Of a DNA stretch of 64,000 nucleotides, positions 10,877 to 23,000 are shown one piece after another. The translations under genes were made by a program, and so were the position numbers. Within the stretch, counting starts at the first letter, position 1. The number at the start of each line of letters is the position of its first letter. The DNA is from Fistulifera solaris (lineage: Eukaryota), in NCBI GenBank assembly GCA_030295235.1, contig AP026149.1, forward strand, positions 1-64,000. The letters run 5' to 3'. The notes beneath the pieces were generated by a model that made no database searches, had not been told where the DNA came from, and saw nothing but the letters and a program-made list of their open reading frames with translations.

Positions 10877-12194
10877 ATGACAATCCGCAGTCTGATTACC
10901 CACAATCTCCGATTCATGCTTATCATGATTACAGCACTTTTGCTTTTGGTTATCCATTCCCTGTCACTCGCCCGATCTGTCTTGCCAGAAACGTTCTGGG
11001 ACGATATCACGCTGTCGTCTTTAGACAAAATCCAGTCATTACCTGCTGCAACAATTGCGCAAACAAATGACGGTTTTGACTGTTCAAAGATGTTCTTATA
11101 TATACCTCAGGGATTTGAGGGAAGCGGAATAACATCAAAGTTACAGAACTTTATTTTGGCATCACACGTGGCAGCTTCGTTCCACCGAGAGATTGTTGTG
11201 ATTGATCCTGGTTTGAACGCATCATCGGAATCCTTGGGCTGCAGTTCAGAAGGAAACACAATTCAGTATGTCGACTTACTCAATTTGCTTGAAATTCCAT
11301 CGGCTATGGCCTGCAAAGAGGCATTGTGTACCAAGACGTATTCCGAATGGAAACAAATTCTGGCCACAGCAAAATCGAATGATGAGCTAACAACCGTTAC
11401 ATGCTACAAAAAGATAATGGACCACCGACATCGGTAATGGTCAGTGGGGATTTGCTCTCAGAGACTTATACCCTACTCCTATACGCGACAATGCCAAGCA
11501 ACTCGACTTTCCTCTTTGGGTGCGTCATTTAGGAGCGACGCCCCGACAACTAGAATTCTTTAGAAACACTAGCAACACAGTTGAGGATCTGTGGACGGGC
11601 GTCGCTGGACTTATAGCACCCAAAGTTCAGTGGCGAGCTTCCATTAGAAAACAAGTGACAAAGCGTATCACGGAGATGCATCTTCCGCCGCGCTTCACTG
11701 CAATCCATGTTCGACGGGGTGATAAGTTGAACGGTGAAGCATACGAAATGGTGAAAGCCTACTGGGAGTTTCGTGGTGGCAATCCGAACAAAATCAAATA
11801 TTTGCCTTTGGAGGCTTACGTGGCTCAGCTAGATATTTTCCGAGATCCGCTAGACATTTACATAGCCACGGATGATCCTGTGACAGTCGGGAAAGAAATC
11901 AAGCAACTCAAAGCGGGGACCAAGTGGAAGATTCATATTCTTTCAGGTCATCGTTCTCATCCTGGTCATGTCTTACAAGAAAACAATTGCACTGTGCGCT
12001 ACGCCATGACTATGGACGCCCTGGCGGAGCTGGAAGTCCTTATTCGCGCGGATGTGTTTGTTGGCGAATTCAATTCAAATTGGGGCAAATACATTCATAC
12101 AATGAGGACAGATTTCACTGAAGACTATCCAAAAGTTCGCGATTTTCGGTTTGCCATTACTTTAGAGAAAGAGAATCAATATCTGGGTCATTGA
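10877..12194 (+). CDS. GT23-like alpha-1,6-fucosyltransferase family protein, type II membrane (frameshift near 11420)
   Basis: N-terminal TM helix, AIHVRRGDK, IYIATDD, DVFVGEFNSNWG. Confidence 0.8.
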
Positions 12195-12950
12195 TGGTTG
12201 ATGGTAGACTATTGATTAATCGTTTCGGGGAAATAATCGTTTGAATAACGCGTTGTTTTGTTTTGTTTTGTTTTGTAACTCCTCGTGCTATTCAGCGTCT
12301 TGGACGGTATTATTAGAGTGTCTCGACTCGGTTGAAATCAAGACGACCAAACTATTCTCGAAAATCAAAATAGGAAGGTACGGCTTCCTAAGGAAAGACA
12401 AGTTTGCAACACAAAACGTATGCGGAGAATGAATTCGAATGGCTGTACATCCACATAGGTCAATTGAATCACATTAAGTTCCGCTTTTTCATCTTCTGAT
12501 AAGACGCAACCGCTTTTAGGAGTGCTTTGTGTAATTCTTCACCGATCAACCGGCTGAATGCTTCTGTTGCTTGTCGTGCAGAGAGCGTGTTCGACATCAT
12601 TTCCATACGAGTGCTTCCTTCCGGCGCGCTTTTTTAGGGTTGCATACGTATCTATAAGCAAAGAGTGCTCTTCAATTATGTAGAAACAGAAGGATAAGTA
12701 GAGGAGTCAATATGCATTGAAAGCAATGGATGAAAGATTGCGCATTTTGTCGTGGCTTTTTTATTCGCGACAAACCCGGCTAATGGGTGACGTCACATGA
12801 GGCATTCAGACAAGACTTCTCGAACTTGCAGCAAAACGTTTTGAATTTTGACGCGCCGTGGCGAATTTACACGACAAAAATAATAATTTGAATGATTTTT
12901 ATTCTTTGTTGCAATTGCGGTCTCTCCTTTCCTTTTCCTTTTATAAAGCA

Positions 12951-13797
12951 ATGAGTGGTTCTTATGAAGATTACGAACGGGTACGATATCCATATTTCGA
13001 GCGTGTGCGCGTGTGTGTGTACGTTTGCTCGAGTACTTGTAAAGAGAAACTTTAAAGAGTCTCTTTATTATTCGTAATATTGTATCTTTAATCGCTGCGC
13101 TTCCTGTTCTTTCGCTTTGATTCACACACAATGTTATTTATCTACTTCTCTTATATTTCCTTTCACTTTTTTCCTCTTTGTCCAGGAATACAATGCCCAT
13201 TTAGCCCGCATTCGCAGTTACCTCGCGGGCACCCGCAATCGTTCGACTTTATCTGAATGCGATCGTCTCCTCCAAATGGCACAACAATGTGCAACGGCCA
13301 TGAATAGCTTAGCGCAAGTAGAAGGAAATGCAATGCGCATTCGTGAAACGGCGGCCTTGACACAACGAGATTTAGCCCCTCTTAAGAAAGAAATTCAGCG
13401 GGCCTTGCAAGCCACGGGACGAGACGAATTGATGGGGAGTGTTGAATTGCAGAGCAGCCCAAGTCATTATCATTCTTCGGCAGATGTGGAAGCCCTCATA
13501 CGTAGTTCCGACGATATGCTACGAGAATCGCAAATGCTATTGGCCGAAACGGAAGAAATTGGGACACGGACGTTGCATCAAATGGGACGACAACGCGAAC
13601 AGTTGGAACATTCACGGGATTCTTTGCAGGCGTTGCAGGAAACGGCGAATCAAGCCAAACGAATATTGCTGGATATGAGTCGTAGGGCCTTTCGCAGTCG
13701 ACTGGCATTGCATGCTATGATCGGAATGTTGATAATGGCCAATTTGTATGTATTGCGCTTGATTTATCAAAAGCATCATTCTTCGAAACAACCATGA
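12951..13797 (+). CDS. VTI1-like Qb-SNARE; exon 1 12951-12980, intron 12981-13185
   Basis: MSGSYEDYER|EYNAHL joined by a GT..AG intron; SNARE motif LAETEEIGTRTLHQMGRQREQL; C-terminal TM helix. Confidence 0.8.
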
Positions 13798-13905
13798 GCT
13801 GCAAAAAGTCTCATTGACTGATTATTGCTGCATAGAGCTTGAATGATAGTATTAGTAATTTACCTTTATTTCGTCACATCATTTCTTATTTCGGAGTTCT
13901 GGTAT

Positions 13906-16900
13906 TTACAAAACGCCCACAAAGTAGCGTTGGTAACGATCGTACCAATCCGTGCGCCAGTTCTCAATACTATCGTCGACCAAGCTGTGCACGTATTCAC
14001 GACACGCCCGGTCGTTGAGATCCAATCGGAAGCGATCCCGCATTTCTTGAATGGCCAGGTCCGGTTGACCGCGGAAACATTTCAGTTCTTCGTTGCCGAT
14101 TTTCAACATTTCCACCAAGAGAATCAATTCCATACAGTGTCGTCGGAGAGCAATGAAGGTTTTAACGCACAATTCACGGTACACTCGGAACAAGTGACTA
14201 TTGGGACCATCCAGTAGCTCAACGAATTCGCGTGTCAACTTGAAAGGGGCACTTTCAAAGCCCGCATTTTTACCGGGAGAACTCAAAAGAAGAAACCAAA
14301 ATCAATGTGAATGAGGTGTCCACGGTTGGTCAAAAGAATGTTACCATTGTGGCGGTCCTTGAGTTGCAACACAAAACAAACAATGCTGTAGGCAGCGAGA
14401 CTTTCGACAAAATTGGCTTTGGCATCGGCTAGCTCCTCGGGCTCGGTGAAATGCGAATGGAAAAATCCACGAAGGCTGGTGTAGCGCGAATCGTTCTTTT
14501 CAGGGAGTCCAAACTGATAGTGTCGGGGATCGCCTCAATAATACCGCCATTTTCAGTCAGTGCCAGAATTTCGTAGTTGTACAACCAAACAGATACTTTC
14601 TCGCGGGCAAGAATAACTGCCATTTTGTAAATCAGCTGGGCGGCCAATTGCTCTTGTCGTAAGTCATCGTTTGACTTTACTAGCACCGGTAATAACCTCC
14701 ATCCTGGGTGTGATCCGTACGCAGACGATTCTCGTATACGTTTCTCTTTGGCCTTCCAGTCTTCACGAAAGACTACCGGTGGACCACTAGCTGACTTGTC
14801 GGTTGCTTTCGGTTTTGATATTGTTTCGTCATTATTCGCCACCAAAGTGAGACTAGATATGTTTGTTTTTTCCACGTGGGATGAGTCGGATCCATACCGG
14901 AGTCGACCTTGTTCCAATCGGTCAAAATCTGTTTCAATCCGACGCTTAAAGCCCGCCAGTGTCGTATTATCAGCCTTTTTCTCCCTTTTCTTCGGATTCG
15001 TGACCATGAGGAGAGGACCATTGTCCCATGGAAATAATCGACGCCCCGCTGTCACTACGAGAAAAGTTACGATTGTTTTTGGGACTCGTCACATTGTTCT
15101 CCCGTGCCGAGGCTGGTTCTTCGTTAACAGTAGTGGCATTCTGGGGTGATCCATTGAGCGAGTAATGTCTGACGAATGGCTCATTCAAATATTGCGCCTC
15201 TTCCGAGAATGACCGATCTCTATATAACTGCAGTTGGTCTTGAACCACCTGTACATTGCTTTGCACAGTTGCGCTAACTTTGTGCAGAAAGGGGGACCGT
15301 CGGTGCGGATTTCGTTTAGTATTGCGCCAAGCTCCAACCAACTGCAAAGAAAATTGAGGCAACGTTCAATAAGATTTTTCTCCCAGAACCACCTTCCATG
15401 CTTACCTCGGCCTCAGTCCAATCCTCCGGAGAATGCACTTTACTAATGGGTGTACCAGAAACGTCCTCCCGGCGCTGTACACGAGCCAACAAATTACCCC
15501 ATGGAAGACGTCGACCGTTCTCTCTTCTCCGTTTATGGATATCGTAATCAATGACTTCTAGGCACACGATACAAGGCACGCGTTCCTTCGTACTCAAGGC
15601 CAGTGATTCCGACGCCACGATCCTCCATACACAGTGTCGGTGCTGTCCCAGCGGAACATAAATCATGTTGGATGGCAACAGGTCGCATTCCAACTGCTGC
15701 AGCCGCTCTCGCAAAACAGTCTTTCGATTTTCACGGGGAACTCCGAACAACTCATCTGCAATCAGTAACAAAGAATCCATGAAATGAATAGTCCGGTCAA
15801 AGGCATCGTTGAATGGGAGTACGAGTTCCGCGACAGGCGTAAATCCAAACCGCCGTGCGGTTGTGAGGGTTTGGTAATGACGTACTGAAGGCTCATTGGT
15901 TGGAGGTCGTCGCGGAATCAAATCACGGTTCGCAGCTTCTTCTATGGTTGCAGCCGAACGCCCCGGCACGAAATCACGTGCCATCATACCACCATCCGAG
16001 GTACTATCTGCCAACGAAAGAGAATCCTGTCGCGCGATTTCAGGAAACGTTTCTTCATGTACATACTCCATAGCATATGCCGCCGTATTACCGCTTTCCT
16101 TAACACGTTCTAATAATCGTTCAATCATCTGCAACTCTTCTGGTAAAAGTTGTTTGCCATTGGGTGCCGCGACTTTTCGCGATGGATTACAGTCCTGCAA
16201 ATAATAGGAAGGCGATGATGGCTCATCGAGATATGGTGGCGAGGATGGGGAATACTTCAACCGATTTTCGCTATTACTCCGAGACGGCAATCGTGGTCGG
16301 GCTGGAGCTTGAAGGCACCACGCTCGCAAAAACCAAAAGCAGCGATGAGCGAATTCCAAATGCGTCGAACATTTCTCCAGAATCCAAGTCTCCAACTGTG
16401 GCGATGAATACAATGCCCCATGCAACAAAAACGACAATAACTGGGGAACAAAAAAGGTCAAGGCTGCCCCATCATCTTTTTCAAAAATGGCATCGAGTTT
16501 GCCGTTGCTCAAAACGTCCTCGTAGGCAAATAACAACAACATGACACGGAATGGCGTCAAGGTGGTCTCTTTGTTGCTGGTATTGTTCGATTGTTCCGAA
16601 TTTGCTGTAATACGTGCCGTAAAATCATCCAAGCGTGCCGTCCATTCTGATTTGGCTCGTCGTAACCGTGTGCGTACTTCTCCGAGAAAATCGTTCATCG
16701 CGTGCATCAAATCATTGTCATCGGAAAGATGCAATTCCATGCCAGGCCCCGTTCGCAGTGTATAATACAAAGAAGGTCGATGTTGCTCTTCTCGGGAAGG
16801 CCAATAATATTGCGGTGCCGAACTGCGAACATGCCAAAACATGACGACATGACACGCCGTCGATACGAGCGTCGCAATTAACACCCACCAAACACGCCGT

Positions 16901-17300
16901 AATTCGTGCAAATGATCGATACTGTCATCACTACCAATAGGATGAAACGGTAGTATAGCTTCTAAAGAAGCTGGATTCGTGAAGCACAATAACAACATGT
17001 GCAAAATGACGGCCGATAACGTGCCAGCGTACAACATCGGATACCAAGACGAACATCGAATTGCCGTGCCTGTATACGAATGAAACAAAAGCGGCAGACA
17101 CAGCAGCGCTATCCGTGTGTAAGCGAGGAGTATCAGATAATAAATATGATACACCGCTGTTTTCAAGACGAGAAAGAAATATGAGAAGTGAAAAGATTCA
17201 TGCGCATTCAACACAACTTTCTCAACGCACCGCGATCATCTTCGCTACTAAAGTATTCGTGCCTTCTGATTTGATGCAACCAGAGAATTAGGGCATCTGA
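13906..17300 (-). CDS. Phosphatidylinositol 4-kinase (type III beta-like) with N-terminal hydrophobic segments; frameshifted, 5' end uncertain
   Basis: [49 protein letters not shown] (14330-14365), [27 protein letters not shown]. Confidence 0.92.
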
Positions 17301-17686
17301 TAAGAGAGCCGTCAAGGCTGGTAATAAAAACGGCATCTTAATGAAAAGGGACAAGCGAAATGAATACAAAAGTCATTTGTCTCAATCAAGGTGTTTTATT
17401 TTTCGTTTTCAGTTTTTCATCACGTTTCGGAGTGCGGCCGAGGAGGAGGACGAGCTTGGGCTTGGGTGTATCCACGAACCTGTCCTCCGAGATGGGCGGG
17501 CGTGTCCGTTGAGAATGCATATAGATTTTTAATGCACCGGATCTCTATCTGGGAAAACTGCAGCGTTCACACCAAACACAATACAAACTTTCCGTTGGCT
17601 CTACGACCCGCCAATAACGGTGACGACAGCGATGACGAACTCTTCGACAGGAGACTACTTATTTAAGGGATGCTAGCCTGAAGCGG

Positions 17687-18681
17687 GGATACCTGCAAAA
17701 ATTCGCGGTGGTGCGTACGGCGACCGTTCAGAAAGGTCTAACCTCTTTCCGCTTAACACGTTCGCGCAATAGGCATTAAGGTTAATTGTCTATGGGAATA
17801 AGTAGGAAAGCGGTACTCACATGAGGATGGTCACTACTAAGCTCTCTGAGGGAGTTTCTATTTCTGAAACACCTACCACCTTATTCGATCTCGTGTTGTC
17901 GCCAAACTTGCACCACTTCGCCGCACGTTCGGGTCGCGGTCGCGTCGCAGTCGCGTCGTGTCGCGGTCGCAATGCGGTCGCATTCCATCGACCGAAAAAA
18001 GCAAGTCGGCCATTGCAGATAGAGGCTACCGCACTAGTGTCCTCTCCGAGCAAGAGAAGCTCTCACTGCCGAACGACTTTGATGGCGATGAATTAAAGGA
18101 CTTCAAAGGGTGTGCTAGATCTCGCCACGAGAGTTTCAATGGAAGGCTCAAGAAGTTCGCAATTCTCGATAAAACCTTCCGCCACCGGCCTTTGATGCAA
18201 AAGCATGGCCATGCTTTTCGCGCTGTGGTTGTTACCCAGCAATACCAATTGGAAAATGGTTCTGTTTTGTTTGAAGTTTAATTCGAAATAGATTTCATCG
18301 CAGTTTCTCCATTTTTATGAATAGAAAGTCCACAAGTAGAATGGTCGCAAATTGGTCGCACGTTGTCGCAAATCGGTCGCGATGGTCGCATTACGACGCG
18401 ACCGCGACACGACGCGACTGCGACGCGACCGCGACCCGAACGTGCGGCGAAGTGGTGCAAGTTTGGCGACAACACGAGATCGAATAAGGTGGTAGGTGTT
18501 TCAGAAATAGAAACTCCCTCAGAGAGCTTAGTAGTGACCATCCTCATGTGAGTACCGCTTTCCTACTTATTCCCATAGACAATTAACCTTAATGCCTATT
18601 GCGCGAACGTGTTAAGCGGAAAGAGGTTAGACCTTTCTGAACGGTCGCCGTACGCACCACCGCGAATTTTTGCAGGTATCC
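17687..18681 (+). mobile_element. Non-autonomous PIF/Harbinger-like (DDE_Tnp_4) DNA transposon with 284-bp TIRs and 3-bp TSD CGG
   Basis: 17687-17970 is the reverse complement of 18398-18681. CGG flanks both sides. The internal fragment reads IADRGY...ARSRHESFNGRLKKFAILDKTFRH...H..AF.AV. Confidence 0.85.
17990..18281 (+). pseudogene. C-terminal fragment of a DDE_Tnp_4-type transposase
   Basis: D-x-G-Y and R..E..NG.LK motifs (last D and E of the DDE triad). N-terminus absent. Confidence 0.75.
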
Positions 18682-19521
18682 CGGGCAACATGGATGTATC
18701 TTCTTTTGCATTTACTCTCCTGCAGCTTTGAATTTCCAAAGCCAACAGTCTTCTTTCCTTTCGAATGAAAAAATACTCGGTTGAAATAACATAGAGAGAG
18801 AGAGAGCTTAGAAAGCATGCCTCTCCCTTTGCCGCCCTGACTCCCAAGTTATTACGACCGACCACCCTACCTGAGAGTGACCTAATGATGAGATGAAGGT
18901 TCACTTTTGTTCGTGAGCGAAATGGTTTTGGCGTGACCGTGACACGGCTCAAAGCCATACGGGTATGCGGCTAAAAAAGCTAAAAAAACACAAAGCAAGT
19001 CCCTTCGGAGCAATACTTGCACTGTACGGGGTAAATTTACTGGCTATAGAAGGAAAGGTACGAGAATTTGAAGAGTAACATCTCGTGAGAACCATTTTCT
19101 CTTCTACTTCTGCCGAATGAAGAAAGCGATCCAAAAGACCCAACGACACTTTCGTCTATAGACCGATAAGTAGGGCTCTGACGACATAGCAAAACCCTTA
19201 TACATGCTACATGCTTCAGTCACGTGTATCTTTCATAGCGGATAAATCGATCATCGATCAACCAGTGAGAGTGAAAGAGATGACTAACGTCGCGACGTTT
19301 GCCCGTTGTTGCGCTCGTCTGTTCCGCTCCATGATCGATGGCAAAGAGCCGAACAGACCATACCAGGTACTTGTAGCATACTTCAAGAATTCTCGATCTT
19401 CTTCGCTGTGTGTCATTATCTCTGTTGCACCTGTTAATTCAGATAAAACGCAATGTAATGACAAGTCATTATTTCCCTCCACAATTACGACCACGCCATC
19501 GAGATCGGATCTATTCCCCAA

Positions 19522-19560
19522 ATGAAGGTGATTCAGATTAAAAATTGGAATCAAGCGGAT
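19522..19560 (+). CDS. 5' fragment (MKVIQIKNWNQAD) of the ankyrin gene interrupted by the Copia array
   Basis: Joins in frame to GSGSTPLLMACRFG at 30504 once the element and one TSD copy are removed. Confidence 0.65.
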
Positions 19561-19977
19561 TAACAATAGTTTGGATCACTCACGACTGGATTTTTGGTCG
19601 TGGTCATTGTGTTTTTCCTCAAGACAACGCTGTGACACAATTTACATATCTATCACGTTTTGCAGATTTGATTCGGGAGCAATCGCAGTTTTACGCAGTA
19701 GAATAACAAACGTTTCTAATCATAATTTTGATCTGTCTTGTTGTTGTTGTTACTCGTCTCCCGTCGATAACCATCTCTTGTGTTTCTCTCCCTTCGTGCT
19801 GTGGAGAAACTCAAGGTAGACCGATTGAAGCACTGCTCCCTTCTGGAGGTCACCGGTGCTGCGAAAGCGTAGGGTCGCTCCTACTTTATCGTTCGTTCGA
19901 TTGTCAACTGTGTCTCGTCTCGTTCAGAGAGCGGTACCAATAGCAGGAAAGGTGCAAACCGTTTCTAGCTATTGTTA
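19561..19977 (+). repeat. LTR 1 of tandem Copia array
   Basis: Termini TAACAATAG...CTATTGTTA; near-identical to LTR 2 and LTR 3. Confidence 0.95.
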
Positions 19978-20080
19978 GATTAACAGTCGCAACTATTCTC
20001 TTGTAAGAGCTTTTCTGTCTATCAGATCGCTCTCTGTTGTCTTCTCTCCTTGAACTCGGTACCTCCTTTGATTACCGCGT

Positions 20081-23000
20081 CATGGCTAAATCCAAGGTTG
20101 AGAAGAAGCGACCTCCTCCGATCCCGATCCTGATAAGAACGTGGATAACGACGTAGAACACAACGAATCTGATGTCAGCGATAAGAATAGAGATGATGAT
20201 GAAAAGAGCACCGAGTATCAGATGAAAAAGGACCACGTCGTCGAAGAGGAAATCACTAAGCTCGAATTCACACCTTTCGAGCACCTCATGTTCAACGTGT
20301 ATGGGAAAGTAACCAGAGAATCCACTATCTACAAGGCACTAGTTGCTAATGGGATGGATACATGCATGCATTTCAAATCACGACAACGAACCACAATATA
20401 TCGACAATCTTTCGTTCGTCGATCAGAACAGCATTCGTGATTCAACCACTGAATGGAGCTATCATCTCACTTATCAAGTTCTACAAGTTCATACGATCGT
20501 TGAATACTCGAAGCTACCGTGAGTGAAGAAAGTTTCTATTCGGTTACATTCGATATGTGGGAAGAACACTACAGTCAGCAGCCTCCTGTCGATGTTCCGA
20601 TTGTTACATCTCATCCTGGTTTTGCTCCCCAATCACCACCAGGTTCCCCAAGTAAATCTATTCAGTTTCCACACGGTCATTACTCCCCTTCCAAAGTGCA
20701 GCTCTTCATGAAAGCAAAACGGAATGAAGCGGCTTTCATGGTCCTGAAACATCAAAATCAGTGGCTCGACTGGTATGATTCGACACGCCGACATGCCGAC
20801 AATCAAGACTGCTCCCAAGTTTTGGATCCGGATTACGTACCTATGACTGAAGAGGATGAGGAGTTATTTAAATTGCAGAAGAAATACATGCTCGCTGTCT
20901 TCGACACTCACGCTCAAAACGGCCAAGAGTCGACAAATTCTCAATGCACATATTGAGGACAAGGATGCACAAGCAGTTTTTCGTGAAGTCTTGACTTACT
21001 ATACCGACTCCACAAACTCCTCTCTCACAGCCCAGGATTTGCTTTCAAAACTTATGCGTGCTCGGATGCTTACCGATGGGAAGGGGATGTCGTATGAATT
21101 CTATCTGCTCCGTTATCAAGACGAACTTCGACGTTACGACTCCTTGGTTCCGATGAATGAGCGTTTGTCTAACGCCATGAAGAATTCGCTCACTCAGAAT
21201 CTTATCAAGGGTATTCCGTGTTTGATGAACGTCCGTAGTAGTGCCGGCATCATGAAAATCGGCACAGGTTCTGATTTAAGCTTCGAGAAATACATTGAAG
21301 CTCTTATGACGGCCGCTATCGAACACGATGACCAATTCCGTGGTTCCAGCAAAGGTGGTAAACTCAACGTGTACTCGCATGACATCTTTGGTGACCCAAT
21401 CAAGGAATTCGGTTACGGTGAATTGTCCGATGATGAGGCTACGTATGGAGCATATCTTGCAAGTGGCCAAACGGGCTATTTTCCGAAGCTCACTCGAGAG
21501 CAATGGTCAAAATTGTCTCCTGAGGACCGCACCGTATGGGATAAACTGTCTGATGCCGGCAAGTCTATCATTATGCATCGCGTCAATTCTGCAACAAAGC
21601 AACCGCCGGCAAAGCGTAGCGAAAAGTATCCAGGGACCATCCGTCAAGCGAACATGAATGAGGCCTCACTCGGAGACATCACGCTCAGCCAGATGCTTTC
21701 AGCGCTTGCCCACGGCACGCAACGACTTCGTATTGCGACGATTACAACAACGAAGAGACGTATGATGTCGAAGTGAACCAAGCAAAGACCAACGTCACTC
21801 ACAACGAAAAGCATCCAACACATCCCGCATCACTGCACAATACTCGAAAAGAAACTTGGACAAGGCACGAAAGCAAACAGCTGGCAAAGCGAAGGCGGTT
21901 ATCAGCATCAGAACTATGCTGAACGGAAGATTCAGGATGTCAAACGAATTTGTGATATTGTTATGGACAGGTCGGGAGCACCAGATGATTTGTGGTTTGA
22001 GTGTTTGTCGCATGTCGCCGATATCCTTAACCATACGTACAATCGTGCACTCAAAGACGTCCCATTGCGTGTTTTGAATGGCGACACACCCGATATAAGC
22101 CCGTTCATTCGTTTCCGATTTTACGAGAAAGTTTATTATCGCGTCGATGCACATTCTTTTCCGTCTCAATCACGCGAAGATGTCGGTTATTTTGTGGGAG
22201 TATCGAAAAACGTCGGTAACGCCATGACGTTTAAGATCTTGACTCTTGGCACGCTGTCGTATTATTCATCGCTCTGCTGTGCTCGGGCTGACACGACCAT
22301 GGATCCTAATCGACGCGTTGATCCTCTACCTCCTCCTCAGCCCATCGTCACGATTGATGGGGAGATGGAACCCCTCCTTCTCGTCAACTTGAGTTGGTCT
22401 CTCGTCGCGAATTGGATGGGGAGCATGGTTCAAGTCGTGCCGATGTTCCGATATTCCATCCTGACGAGCTCATTGGCCGTACATTCCTTTACCACGATCC
22501 AGAAAATCCGGAAGGGCTCAAGCATCGGGCCAAAATCGTCGGAATTGCGGGTGATATTGCCGAGGCGGTTGCTGCGTTTGAGCAGAATCGTAACCGCATT
22601 CAATATCGGTGTTCGATCAATGAGGGACAGTTTGAGGAACTGCTCACTTATGGGGAGGTAATGGATTATATCAACCGGGATATTGCCAACCCTACGGTCT
22701 GGAAGTTCCGCAAGATCGTTGATCACCAGGGTCCACTCACGGTAAAGGACAAGGAATATGCTGGGTCTCCGTATAATGTCAAAGTAGCTTGGGAGAATGG
22801 GGAGGTGACGTGGATACCATTAGATCAGTTTGCCAAAGAGGCACCGGTAGAGTGTGCGATTTACGCCAAAGCCAATGACCTACTGCATGCCAATGGATGG
22901 CGCCGATTCCGTGCAATGGCCAAGAAGAAAGAGAAAGTTTTTGAGCGTCTTGTAAAACAGGCCAAGCTTCGTTCTTATAATACGGCCCCACGCTACAAGT

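Noticed and set aside
8730..17300. BRO1 + VTI1 + PI4K as a membrane-trafficking gene cluster
   Set aside because: Mixed orientation and an unrelated gene interleaved; no evidence beyond chance adjacency in a compact genome.
17817..18551. Paired identical ORFs on opposite strands as genes
   Set aside because: They are by-products of the 284-bp inverted repeat.
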